A stretch of DNA of 63,006 bases, filler included, from Octopus bimaculoides (lineage: Eukaryota), in NCBI RefSeq assembly GCF_001194135.2. It is 4 parts of 4 records of this genome, joined end to end, with 100 filler letters (N's around TTAATTAATTAA, not from the genome) between each part and the next. Parts side by side here need not be neighbours in the genome. Positions count along the whole stretch, not along the records: positions 1 to 8,684 come from NC_068988.1; positions 8,785 to 38,177 come from NC_068986.1; 2 more parts are not named here. One strand, given 5' to 3'. Below the pieces are notes generated by a model, which saw nothing but the letters and a program-made list of their open reading frames with translations, was not told the DNA's origin and did no database searches. Shown piece by piece: positions 1 through 12,923 of the stretch; positions within the stretch are counted from its first letter, which is position 1, and every line of letters starts with the position of its first letter. The position numbers and the translations under genes are program-made.

Positions 1-1122
1 TATATATATATATATATATATATATCTTGACACTGGTGAATATATAATTGGAAATACACTCTTCGTAGGTTTACTAAGACTAAAGATGTGAATTGTGAAA
101 CTTAGCTGTACTTTAGAACGGAGAATCGCGATATCTGTATTCTATCTCGAGGCAACGATATTTACCTGAATTCTTGTTAGTTTACATTTCTATATTTTTA
201 TAAATGTGTAATCTGTAAGGTTCTATGTCAGCAGCCACGACCGGAGATATATTCTGACTCATAAAAATCAGCAGTTTTCGTAGCTTCAACATCTATTAAA
301 GATGAAGTCTTACATCAGAATACGATGTAAAACTATTTTAGTTATCCATTACAGAGGTGGTATCGTATGTTAATCATTTGTAGAAGCCATTAAATTCCAT
401 CTTGAATTATATCACTGGTGGCAAATATATGTAGACAAGTCAATTCAGATGTTGAAAGTTGTGTATTACCGTGTATATAAGCATAAGACAAAGACATTCA
501 CACGAAAGCAACACCTACATTCATTTGGTTACCTATTGTAATCTGTCAACAAGTCTAGCCACAATTATAGCAAACAGATTATTGAATGCAACTATGGAAA
601 AAATAAATTATTGCAATAATGAGAACAAAAATTCCATAGATTATACTTTAGAAAATGCCTTGGATGAACAGAAAAAAATAGACACTTTTAAATTGTTTTC
701 TATAGAAATTGTAATTAGCGGGACGACGGCAGATGTTAATCGCTTCTGAATTAGCTCGTAAAGATAACATAATGAAGCCTTCAGAGACGTGAAGAATGTC
801 GAAGTCTGCAATGATATCTGAAGAAAGCGAATAAAACAGAGTGAGAATATAGTAATTATCATGGCAAAAAAAATATTTCGTAGTACTATTGTAAGGCACT
901 TCTTGTTGTCAAATGTTGAGTGCGAATGCGTGATATAAAAAAAAAAAGGAAAGAGAGAGAGAATCAGAGAAAGAAATGTATGATATAAACCGCTTCGAAT
1001 TTTCTCACTTGTAAATTCTCTTACAATGTAATGGATTACACAAGTGAAGATAATTAAAACATCATATGTGTGTGTTCGAGTGAATGTATACGTATAGACT
1101 CGTATATATATATATGTGTGTG

Positions 1123-1223
<101 letters not shown>

Positions 1224-1382
1224 TTATCAGGAGCGGGTGAAAGATATATACAAATAAACGCACTAAGTATATAGATATATATAAACATACCATGAGAGAA
1301 AGTTTCATATAGGGTTTTAGTGCAAAATGCGCACGCTTGTTTTATATCACTAGCAGGGTGATAAATCCCCTGCAACTCCACC

Positions 1383-1444
1383 GCTGAGACCACCAGACAC
1401 GGGATTTCGATATTCCTTGTTCTCATCAGTGATGGAGGCTCGAC
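1383..1444 (-). ncRNA. Type I hammerhead-like motif with extended stem I
   Basis: GTCGAG-CCT-CCATCA-CTGATGA-GAACAAGGAATATC-GAAA-TCCCGT-GTC-TGGTGG-T-CTCAGC: intact core, GUC triplet, 6-bp proximal stem I. Stems II and III are weak (2 bp each). Confidence 0.5.
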
Positions 1445-3180
1445 CGCCAGAGATAGCAGTGACTCACCTTCGCGCAGGTGATATATAGAAAATCTGCACC
1501 AGAACAGGAACTGGTATCGCGATTAGCAAGTGCGTTTGTTAAAAAAATATATATATATTAGTGACGTCAATATGCAAATATACCGCGGGGTAATATTTAT
1601 TTTCACTTAAACGTGGATGTTCTATTACAACATATTTTAGTGCAGCAGATAACTCCAGAGAAACTCTCATATAGGCTTCTGATATAAAATGCACACGTGT
1701 TTTATGCCGCAATCGAGGAGATAGATCCCCTCCAACTCCAACGCCGAGACCACCAGAACACATGATTTTGATCGCTCTGATTGATGATGACAGCTCAACC
1801 GCTACAGATAACAGCGACTCATCTCTCCGCTAGTGATAAGTGTGAGAGTAGATCTTCCTCTGTTTTCCATATGTCTCTTGAAACGTCGGTGACAAATTAT
1901 TGGGTTTTTCGGCGGTTGGCAGCAAGTAATTCCACATGGATACACAAGAGCCAACCACCAGCGATAAGTCGGGGAACGGCGAGATAGCGATTTTTTGGCG
2001 ACGGTAGAGCGGCACACAGACCTCCCCACTCGTCTGCTTTTCAGCTATAAATGAGGTACAATCGAGCAGCCGTATCATTCAAGTGCATGCAGCAGACGAT
2101 CTGCCTGAACGGCGAGATGAGCGACATGTGAACGATAGTATGCTCTTCAGGAATCTGGTAGTATGTGGACGATGGAAAGCAATAGGATAACATAAAGGCT
2201 CATACAGAGGAGTAGGCGGCCGCATATTGCTCTAACCCAAGCTGAGCTTCGAGTGGTCGGAGGCAAGAGTGTTTTGAGTCTTGAGATGCACCTTTTCACT
2301 ACATTCTGAACGCTTCTGGGTTGTGGAAGCCATATTGACTATGGTGGCCAACACGCGCTAGATGTTGCTTGGCGGCGGCAGACAATGAAGGTAGGGAGGA
2401 TACGACGAACGAAGGCAGCAGAACTGTGCGGATAAATGGTGATATCATTTACCTACCGGAAGACGCAGTGTGCGGTACAGGACAGCAAATGGTGAGCCAG
2501 TTGACCTGAATACGGGTAGTACGCAAGCAGGCACACTGCAGATTCTGCTCGCTGAAGAAAGTTCGTAGCCTAGTATTACATATTCCGCGAATCTTTTATA
2601 AGCAGGTAAAGTATTTTTTTGAAGGAGATTTAGCCGGAATTTTCAACAGGTAGAAAAACCACCTACACCATCCACGTTGTGTGAAGCTTGTATATAAGAT
2701 ATGCAGAATATATGGTAGTAGTATAATGACACCCAAATACAATATTTCGTTTTCGCTGTGAAACTAGTGAATTATAATTCTTTCCACTGGTTTCTGTTTA
2801 AAATTGATTAAAAGCTGGTTATAAATAATTAAAAACACTGTATGGTAATTTGGGAAGAATGAATAATGAGAGGATTAGCTCTAGAAAATTTGTTCGGCTA
2901 GGCATAAACGAGTCACCTGACATACTGTTGTCTTCTTTGATGCAAGCATTTCTACACAGCATTTTGCTTGAGGATGACTACCATGCCTGCGGCAAGTTTC
3001 AGATGAGCTGGATAGAGATGTGGGTACTCCTTTTCCAACGTGATGCGCAGGTGAAATCTTGAACTAATAATTAAAAAAAAAATACCTGTATTAAAGTATC
3101 TGTATTTTATGTGTGTGAATTTATTGTTTGCAACCCTAGTACTTATGCCATCGAACTCGTTTGCCGAAACGTTAAGTCAT

Positions 3181-3400
3181 GGGGAGATAAACACCCCAAC
3201 ATCGGTTGTCAAAGATGGCGGGGCGGGGGGGGACAAACACAGACATACACAGGTTTACTCAGTTTCTGTCTACCAAATTTACTCACCAGACTTTGGTCGG
3301 CCCGAGGTTATAGTAGAAGACACTTGCCCAAGGTGCCACACAGTCTGACTGAGCTCAGAACCAGGTGGTTGGGAAGCAAGCTTCTTACCACACAACCACG
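3181..3400 (-). mobile_element. SINE family B partial copy
   Basis: Reverse complement of the family B head and central part. Confidence 0.8.
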
Positions 3401-4183
3401 TCAATATGCAAATATACATTTCCGTTCTCGGTGTAGAGGCTACAAGCAACAATTTTTTCTTTCTTTTTTTTTCTTTTTTTTTTTTGTAAATCCACGATTG
3501 TGAATTAGAGAGATTTAATTTCTATCACTAGAAAATAGAAAGACACCATAGAAACTCCACCATTGGTTTCATCTGCATAATTCATAAGCGTTGCTAGAAC
3601 GACAAATAAATAAAAGGTTTTGACGCCAGAAGACGGAATATAACATCATTATTTCCTTTCACATTCTCAGGAGTCGAGAACTACAGTCGTTGAAATGAGT
3701 ATGATACTTTATTCCTTCCATTTTCTGATGCCAGACAACTGTATTTCAAATAGGTTTCTCTTCTCTTGATAATATATACATTTAAAAAAATAGCCTAACA
3801 ATCTCATTAGGAAATCATAGAATCTGATTTATATGGTGCAACAAAAAGCATTTTACTTTCAACTGTCAAAAGCAATAAAACACTTGAAAACAATTCCCAC
3901 AGCTGACACCACAGATTTCTGTATACGATTCAGATGTTCTTGTGTTAATTCCCGAATGACGTTATATCTACAATTCTCTGTTTCTGCTATCCCCATAGCT
4001 TATATTAAACAATATATGTGATTGCATCATTCATAAAAAAGTTTTGCAGAACTAATTTGAGTTACGCACATCAAATGAAGACAAAGAAACAAACGTACCC
4101 ACCCGAACAAACACACACACACACATGTACACACAAGCACATGCACAGAAACACTCGCACACACATATGTACACGTGTATATG

Positions 4184-4216
<33 letters not shown>

Positions 4217-4233
4217 ATATACATATGTATATA

Positions 4234-4285
<52 letters not shown>

Positions 4286-4315
4286 NNNNNNNNNNCATAT
4301 ATACATATGTATATA

Positions 4316-4421
<106 letters not shown>

Positions 4422-4622
4422 CACACACATATACGTTTACGCGTACTTGCGTGCTTGTGGATAAATACACATTATGTATCATAAGGCTTTCTCTTGGATT
4501 TGCTTTAACTATCCAAAACAATACCCAGCAGATAGACTTCACTGTCTTTATTTCTGTCGTTGTGGGCGGATTTTTTCAACACTTGTAACACCATCGCCGA
4601 GAGTAACAGCGGGCCGCCAATA

Positions 4623-4834
4623 TAGGCAGCTGAGAGAAACATTAGCACGCCGGGCAAAATGCTTAGCGGTATTTTGTCTGTCTTTATGTTTTGAGTTGAA
4701 ATTCCGCCGAGGTCGACTTTGCATTTCATCCTTTCGGGGTCGATAAATTAAGAACCAGTTGCGTACAGGGATCGATCTAATTGACTGGGCCCTTCACCAA
4801 AAATTTCGGGCCTTGTGCTTAGAGTAGAAAGAAT
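4623..4834 (+). mobile_element. SINE family A copy
   Basis: AGGCAGCTGAG...TTAGCACGCCGGGC...GAGTTGAAATTCCGCCGAGGTCGACTTTGC; more than 10 related copies in the window; B-box-like GAGTTCAAATTCC in most. Confidence 0.85.
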
Positions 4835-7765
4835 ATAGGCATTGAAGTTCATATTCTGATCATGCTCTCGGTTCCTTCCGAACAATTGAGCAAAGTACCT
4901 CGGAGAAGATCGAGATCAAGTTGCGAGCGCTCATAATGGTCCACCAGAGACAGAATTGTGCGCTACTCGGATAAATTGAAATGGTTTCGTTTCTTCGTGT
5001 ATTCGAATACACACTTTAGCTCTGACAATGCATCATTCATGCTACTCGCTGCAAAAATTGATCAGACCTCTAAATATCCACAACTAAGTCGGTTTTGAGG
5101 TTTTGCCTAAACATCCCTAAGTCTTTTACTACATCTCCTCTACACTAGTTTCCTATATTTCAACTTCTTTACTAAACCCTTCCGAATCTACTCTAATCGC
5201 ATTTCTTAGAGTCAACCGCCACCTGTTGCTCTCCATTTGTTAACATTTGCTTAAATAACACCTTAATCTAGTCTATGGCAAACTGACGCGTCAGAAACAA
5301 AGTAGACAGGTTCCTGTAGCTAGCGTGCCATCTACGAAACCTATATAGGGCGATTGAACAGTTCTCAAATTTGTAGTCTGGATAAACATCAACTCTGAAA
5401 ACCTACGTTTTTCATATCTAATGACACACAGGATAATCTAGCTAAATGTAAACCGTTAAACTGATAAGTTTGTCCATGATAATATTAGCACATTCGGGAA
5501 AACTAGCCTTATCTGCTCGAGAGTTGGAAACGTCTGAGTAAGTTGGTGAGCCTTTTGCATCCACTCTCTTATCAGCTAATACCTCACCGTCGAAGTCATT
5601 ATTTAATTTGGCATTACAAACTACATCTGATACTACGGAGCGGGATTTTCGTAAGAATGTTTCTAGACACCTAAAATAATCCAGATACACTACTGTTGTT
5701 AGGTACATACACGTCAACTAGCTTAAAAACATGGTCTTTGCTTTTGTTCAGATGTCATACTCTCGACTTACACTCTTGGTCCAAGATCGCTAAATATCAC
5801 CACGTGAATGTCGACTCAGGTTACATATAATCAAACATTCTCGTTTTAGTTCGACTTAAGGAGGAAAGTGAGAGAAATTCCATTTACCTTATCCCTATGG
5901 AGTACTAAGTGTTCCGTCCTTGCTATTTGCGAGTAATCACACAAATAATTTTTTCCCATGGTAATGTCTTTTACCACGTTTACGTGGCTGTTATATGCCG
6001 AACAAATATTACTACATTTTAACTCCAGGAACACATCTTTTGCCGCCTGTTAATATATACATTAGCTTGTTGATCAGCGACTGATTGGAGCGTCTTTGTT
6101 TATATATTGTAAATAAGGGCGGAAAGCTGCCACCACCTCTAGCAGGCAAACTTCCAATATTGCAGATAGGAAGGAATCTAGAAACCGGTTGGTTTAGTGA
6201 TTTTGCTATGCGGGAGTGGCAGTGGTTCACTCCGTTACTAGCAATATATTAGACACAAGTTGTGTGTCGTTAACCAACGGGAACAGATGTTTTCCTCGGG
6301 GTTAAAATGTAGTAACATTTATTCTACATAGACCAGCCACGTAAAAGTCGTAACAGACATTACTGTATAGTACTTTTACTATGGGAATCTCTTTCAGAGA
6401 TTTTAAAACCAGCTACTTTAGGTTGTTTTTCCATAGTCATTTACAAATATTCCTACGTGTCTCCTGCTCTGACGAGATATTTGATTCTTTTTTAAAGTGC
6501 TGTATACGCCTTTTGATGTGCTAATGATTGTTATATGATAGTATGCTATTTGTCAATGTAGCATATAGTTTGTGCTACTTGCATTTTGATGTAATTCATG
6601 AAGATTTTGTTGCACATGTCTGTGCCAGTGGAGTTAATGATTTCTTTTTTTTTTTTACTGTTCGAGGATGTTCTATCTCCCTTTATGTGAATTAAATCGT
6701 GCTTCTGTTTGTGATGCAAGTGTAATCTGTGACGAAGGTTATGGTGATGTATATGTGAGGGTGTTGATAATACTGTTATTGCTGCCACTCGGTGTCAGGT
6801 TGCTGCCGCTTGGTGTAGGGTTGGTCTATCGTTTCACAAATGCATCTCTCCCAGAGTTTCGTATATTCCACCATTTTCGTGCTGACATTAGTATGTTCGC
6901 TTTTCCTCTTCCTTCTGTTGGTTTCCTAATTTATCCTGTACAACCTTTAAACACGTAAATAGTTTTTTCCTAAACAATAGATCTACTTATTTCTGTTAGT
7001 GACTTATTCACGAATATATAAACGCTAGCGCCCCTGACGGTAATATTCTCTGGGAACGCACAAAAGCACTTTTCAGAGTTATGTACTTTGAATTGTTATG
7101 ATCTCATATCTGATTATCCTGTTATTACGTAACATACTTCACGATCTTAGTATACGAGCCTTATTAGCATTTCCTCCTTTGTTCTATATACTCTGGGAAC
7201 GCATTAAAACCCTCTTCGGGGCTACTTTATTTGAATTCTTACTATCGGTTAACTCATTTGATGTTATNNNNNNNNNNNNNNNNNNNNNNNNNNNNNNNNN
7301 NNNNNNNNNNNNNNNNNNNNNNNNNNNNNNNNNNNNNNNNNNNNNNNNNNNNNNNNNNNNNNNNNNNNNNNNNNNNNNNNNNNNNNNNNNNNNNNNNNNN
7401 NNNNNNNNNNNNNNNNNNNNNNNNNNNNNNNNNNNNNNNNNNNNNNNNNNNNNNNNNNNNNNNNNNNNNNNNNNNNNNNNNNNNNNNNNNNNNNNNNNNN
7501 NNNNNNNNNNNNNNNNNNNNNNNNNNNNNNNNNNNNNNNNNNNNNNNNNNNNNNNNNNNNNNNNNNNNNNNNNNNNNNNNNNNNNNNNNNNNNNNNNNNN
7601 NNNNNNNNNNNNNNNNNNNNNNNNNNNNNNNNNNNNNNNNNNNNNNNNNNNNNNNNNNNNNNNNNNNNNNNNTGTGTGTGTGTGTGGAGGGAGAGAGAGA
7701 AATAGACAGACAGACAGACAAATATATATAGATAGATAGCTAGATAGCTAGCTAGATAGATAGAG

Positions 7766-7832
<67 letters not shown>

Positions 7833-8235
7833 GTGTGTGGATTAGGATTATTTTTCAAAGTAATGAACTATGATGCAACAAAGAGTATGAAATATTGTTT
7901 TAGAATAATAGACGAAAATATCCTTATGACGTCTTATTGAAATATGCCGGGCATCAAGAATTTCATGATTTTTTAACAGAATGTTCTCTAGCAATTGCTT
8001 AGAAACTATCGATTTATCGAAATTTTTTTAACTCACCATATCACATATGTGAAGCTTCTATCGTATATATATTTAGTATGCAGAACGCTTCACTGAGTTA
8101 TTTTCCCTTAGCTACATTGTTGACATTGTTAACGAGAGGCGGTTATTTCATTGTATATATGTATATTCATGCATATATATGAGTTTGTGTGTGTGTCCGT
8201 GTGTGTTTCTGACTGTGCATGTATGTTTATACACA

Positions 8236-8269
<34 letters not shown>

Positions 8270-8636
8270 NNNNNNNNNNCATACTTCACGATCTTAGTAT
8301 ACGAGCCTTATTAGCATTTCCTCCTTTGTTCTATATACTCTGGGAACGCATTAAAACCCTCTTCGGGGCTACTTTATTTGAATTCTTACTATCGGTTAAC
8401 TCATTTGATGTTATTACATAACTGACTTCACAATTTGGGTATTCATAACTTATAGGGAATTCCTAAAAATAAGATCGTGTGTAAGACAGTTCGGTATTCT
8501 CTGTGAATGTACAAAAACCGTTTTAAAGGCTACAAGCTATGTATTGTTGTTACTGGATTAACGAAACTGTTCTGAGAACGGATCCAACCGATAAACCCCG
8601 CTTTCCCGGCAATTACCGGGTACGTCAGCTAGTATT

Positions 8637-8684
<48 letters not shown>

Positions 8685-8784
8685 NNNNNNNNNNNNNNNN
8701 NNNNNNNNNNNNNNNNNNNNNNNNNNNNTTAATTAATTAANNNNNNNNNNNNNNNNNNNNNNNNNNNNNNNNNNNNNNNNNNNN
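8685..8784. other. Artificial 100-bp assembly spacer N44-TTAATTAATTAA-N44
   Basis: Identical layout at 38178-38277 and 55674-55773; the 12-mer has stops in all six frames. Confidence 0.93.
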
Positions 8785-8866
<82 letters not shown>

Positions 8867-9074
8867 GTATGAAAAGTTTTGGTACAGAAGACCCAAAAGG
8901 CAGGTAAGGCGATGTAAGTGCTACAGAAGGACCGCTGTTAGGCTCCTGGTTCGATTATGGTATGAGTGAGGAGTTTAACACGGGTCGTGCGTGAGCGTGT
9001 ATATGTTTTTAAAAAAGGAGACAACAAACCCAAGGCAGTGTGAAATTTCTAGGACATTTATAAAGAGAAAGGTA

Positions 9075-9122
9075 GCTTTACAACTGTTTCAGGGATATAA
9101 AAGATTTCCCATCGTCAGAGAC
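9075..9122 (-). ncRNA. Partly decayed minimal hammerhead motif
   Basis: GTCT-CTGACGA-T-GGGA-AATCTTTTATA-TCCC-T-GAAA-CAGTTG-TA-AAGC: core and 4-bp stem II present, near-palindromic ACAGTTGT helix III, stem I disrupted. Confidence 0.45.
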
Positions 9123-9309
9123 GATATGAGAGAGAGTTAAGTAGAAGAAAATAGTAGAGTTCAATATAAGAAGTTATTTTGGAAATGTAGAGATGTAGGA
9201 AGTATAAAATAAAAATTAAAATAAAATTATATGTGGTATGTTACAGTTGCAGTTCCATTATCCAAGGAATGTGCTGTGTAGAATGGGTAAAGAGGTACAC
9301 ACACGCACG

Positions 9310-9380
<71 letters not shown>

Positions 9381-9503
9381 CCACATGGTTCTGGGTTCAT
9401 TCCCACTGCGTGGCACCTTGGGCTAGTGTCTTCTACTATAGCCTGGGACCGACGAAAGAATTGTGAGTGGATTTGGTATACGGAAACTAAACGAAGCCTG
9501 TTG

Positions 9504-9534
<31 letters not shown>
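9381..9534 (+). mobile_element. SINE family B 5' part running into a gap
   Basis: CCACATGGTTCTGGGTTCATTCCCACTGCGTGGCACCTTGGG... Confidence 0.8.
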
Positions 9535-9807
9535 NNNNNNNNNNNNNNNNNNNNNNNNNNNNNNNNNNNNNNNNNNNNNNNNNNNNNNNNNNNNNNNNNN
9601 NNNNNNNNNNNNNNNNNNNNNNNNNNNNNNNNNNNNNNNNNNNNNNNNNNNNNNNNNNNNNNNNNNNNNNNNNNNNNNNNNNNNNNNNNNNNNNNNNNNN
9701 NNNNNNNNNNNNNNNNNNNNNNNNNNNNNNNNNNNNNNNNNNNNNNNNNNNNNNNNNNNNNNNNNNNNNNNNNNNNNNNNNNNNNNNNNNNNNNNNNNNN
9801 NNNNNNN

Positions 9808-9846
<39 letters not shown>

Positions 9847-10015
9847 TATATATATACTTTGAAGAGAAGATCGAACGATAAAAATCAGACCCTGTGGAAT
9901 TGAAATCACAATCTCAGAAGCGTATCAAATTAAATATGTGACCTCATCTATCTACTTCTTCTAACTACTTCTTCTAACTGGCGGTCTGTTCTAACCGCAC
10001 CAACAGAATTAGATA

Positions 10016-10143
10016 CAGCGTGGGCCAAAAGTTACGAACCAAAATATCTGACATTTGTGATGAAAATATAAAGCGTGGGTTTAGAAATGTGCAGTAATAT
10101 AACAGAAGTTTTACTCATGGTGCGTGAATTTTGGTCCATCTAG
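10016..10143. mobile_element. Tiny Tc1-type MITE upstream of the claudin-like exon
   Basis: TA-CAGCGTGGGCCAAAAGTTACGAACCA ... TGGTGCGTGAATTTTGGTCCATCTAG-TA: imperfect 26-bp TIRs. Confidence 0.65.
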
Positions 10144-10718
10144 TACAAAGTATAAACTAGAATCGTTGAAAATTAGAATTAACTTTGAAATAAAATATAT
10201 AAAAAAAAGTATTCATTTTATTTTTGTTTTATTTTAAGTTTTTATTTTAAGTTTTATTCTTATTTTTATTTATAACTTTATTTTTAAGTTTTATTTCAAG
10301 TTTTATTCTTTTTCTCTTTCTCTTTGTCGTCTTTCTAATTTTATTTATATATTTATTTATCTCACATCGGCCTTTTGGAGGAGAAACCTTGTGGGCGTGG
10401 CTTTTTCACACAATTAGGTTCAGTTGTAAACGTTTGTATCATTGCATTTTTTTTTTCTTTCTTATTCTATATCGCCCACTCATATTCTCTTTACCTTACA
10501 CATTTGACTTCTTCCGAGCTTACATTGAGCAGACTTCTCTTAGCTAGTGGGGAAGATTAATAATATACAACTATATAATAAACCCGTATTATCACCAGTA
10601 ACATCTTCATCACCACCATCATCAGAAACTACAAGAACAGGACAATAAGATTAAGTAAAAAAAAAAATAAGGAAAACAACCAACACTTTTTCCTGATTAC
10701 TTTTGAGAAAAATTAAAA

Positions 10719-10929
10719 ATGCCAACCAAAATTGTAATTAGTTCCTCAAATTCCCGATGGATCAATATTGCCTTAGCTTTCCTTTTACTAGGTCTGCTTC
10801 TGTTCATCATTGGTTTTTCAACCTCACACTGGGTGGTTTACGGCCAACAGCATACCGGTCTTTGGGAAAAATTTTTCTGCACTCGCCAAGTGTGTTATGA
10901 AGTCAGCGCCGTCAGTCGACACAATGCAG
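10719..10929 (+). CDS. First coding exon of a claudin-like / PMP22-EMP-MP20 family tetraspan protein
   Basis: ATG at 10719, a hydrophobic TM1 (INIALAFLLLGLLLFIIGFST), then W...GLW...C...C (SHW-VVYGQQHT-GLWEKFFCTRQVC), ending at a good phase-1 donor GCAG|GTAGGT. Confidence 0.8.
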
Positions 10930-11041
10930 GTAGGTCTGGTTTTCTCCTAAATTAATATTGTGCACCTTTCTTTTAGTGCCATGTTTAGTTCTTTACCATT
11001 TTTGAGCGTACCGATGTGCGCCGTGCTCCTTTAAGGATTAT

Positions 11042-11075
<34 letters not shown>

Positions 11076-11532
11076 CACACACACATACACGCATACACAG
11101 ATACCCCCCCACTCTCTCTCACATTTATGTGCGCGTGTCATTATGTGCATATATTTATATATATGTACGTGTGTATGTATGTATGTATGTATGTATGTAT
11201 ATATACACACACACATAAATATTCCTTTATACTATGGGCACAAGGCCTGATATTTTGGGGATGCATCGACCTCAGTGCTCAATGGAACTTATTTGAAAAG
11301 CAAATAGTTATGTGTTTATTATACTTCGACGGAATAATATACAAATAAATATCAATATGCATATATACATACACGCTCGCACTGGCAGTCACATACAAAG
11401 AGAGAGAGAGAGAGAGATAGAGGGAGAATGAAAGAGAGAGGGGGAGTGGGGGAGGGGTAATCACTCGATTTAACGGGTTAATTACAAGAGAAGTGTCCCC
11501 AAAAATGCTGGACATTCGTTAAGTCGAAGATA

Positions 11533-11750
11533 TCTTTTATCTTTTACTTGTTTCAGTCATTAGACTGCGGCCATGCAGGGGCACCGCCTTGAATTTTTAG
11601 TCGAATGAATCGACACCAGTACTAATTATTTTTTAAAGCCTGGTGCTTATTCTTTCGGTTTATTTTTGCCAAACCACTGTTACGGGGACGTAAACACACC
11701 AGCACCAGTTGTCAAGCAGTGGTGGAGAACGAACACAGACTCAAAGACAC
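11533..11750 (-). mobile_element. SINE family B 3' part in intron 1 of the claudin-like gene
   Basis: TTTTACTTGTTTCAGTCATTAGACTGCGGCCATG... is the reverse complement of the family B tail. Confidence 0.8.
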
Positions 11751-11768
11751 ATATAGATATATGCATAC

Positions 11769-11818
<50 letters not shown>

Positions 11819-12646
11819 NNNNNNNNNNNNNNNNNNNNNNNNNNNNNNNNNNNNNNNNNNNNNNNNNNNNNNNNNNNNNNNNNNNNNNNNNNNNNNNNNN
11901 NNNNNNNNNNNNNNNNNNNNNNNNNNNNNNNNNNNNNNNNNNNNNNNNNNNNNNNNNNNNNNNNNNNNNNNNNNNNNNNNNNNNNNNNNNNNNNNNNNNN
12001 NNNNNNNNNNNNNNNNNNNNNNNNNNNNNNNNNNNNNNNNNNNNNNNNNNNNNNNNNNNNNNNNNNNNNNNNNNNNNNNNNNNNNNNNNNNNNNNNNNNN
12101 NNNNNNNNNNNNNNNNNNNNNNNNNNNNNNNNNNNNNNNNNNNNNNNNNNNNNNNNNNNNNNNNNNNNNNNNNNNNNNNNNNNNNNNNNNNNNNNNNNNN
12201 NNNNNNNNNNNNNNNNNNNNNNNNNNNNNNNNNNNNNNNNNNNNNNNNNNNNNNNNNNNNNNNNNNNNNNNNNNNNNNNNNNNNNNNNNNNNNNNNNNNN
12301 NNNNNNNNNNNNNNNNNNNNNNNNNNNNNNNNNNNNNNNNNNNNNNNNNNNNNNNNNNNNNNNNNNNNNNNNNNNNNNNNNNNNNNNNNNNNNNNNTGGA
12401 CCAAAAGTGACGGAGTCTGAGATTTTTTTTTTGTACTTTTCTTAAATATTGTTATTAAATATTGAAATTCGTTCGTGATGACTTTTTGATATGTAATATT
12501 TAAGAAAAATGCAAACAAATTATCAAAACAAAAAACAAAAAAAAAACAATTATTGAAATTTCAGACCCCTTCGTGAATTTAGGTTCACCCTCTATGCATG
12601 TGTGTGTGTATGTATGTATGTATGTATGTATGCATGTATGTATGTA

Positions 12647-12679
<33 letters not shown>

Positions 12680-12878
12680 GTGTGTGTGCGTGCGGTGCAC
12701 ACGCGCTCGTATGTGTGGGCACGTATCTAGGTATGTTTGCAATTCCTGAATGCTTGTATGTATATTCATGTGTGCGGGTAGATATAATAATAGTTCTAGA
12801 GAATATTGTATAAACAAACATAAGCAGAATATCAAACGCACAAACTTACAGCGAGATAGATGGATGGATAGATAGAGA

Positions 12879-12923
<45 letters not shown>

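Noticed and set aside
4940-7000. Moderately CpG-rich stretch with several 60-96 aa ORFs
   Set aside because: No recognisable domain in any frame I read; probably an old element but unclassifiable by eye.
7134-8414. Identical 134-bp direct repeat (7134-7267 and 8280-8414); similar duplications at 4205-4420 and 29290-29510
   Set aside because: Each pair abuts an N gap; most likely contig-overlap or haplotype artefacts.
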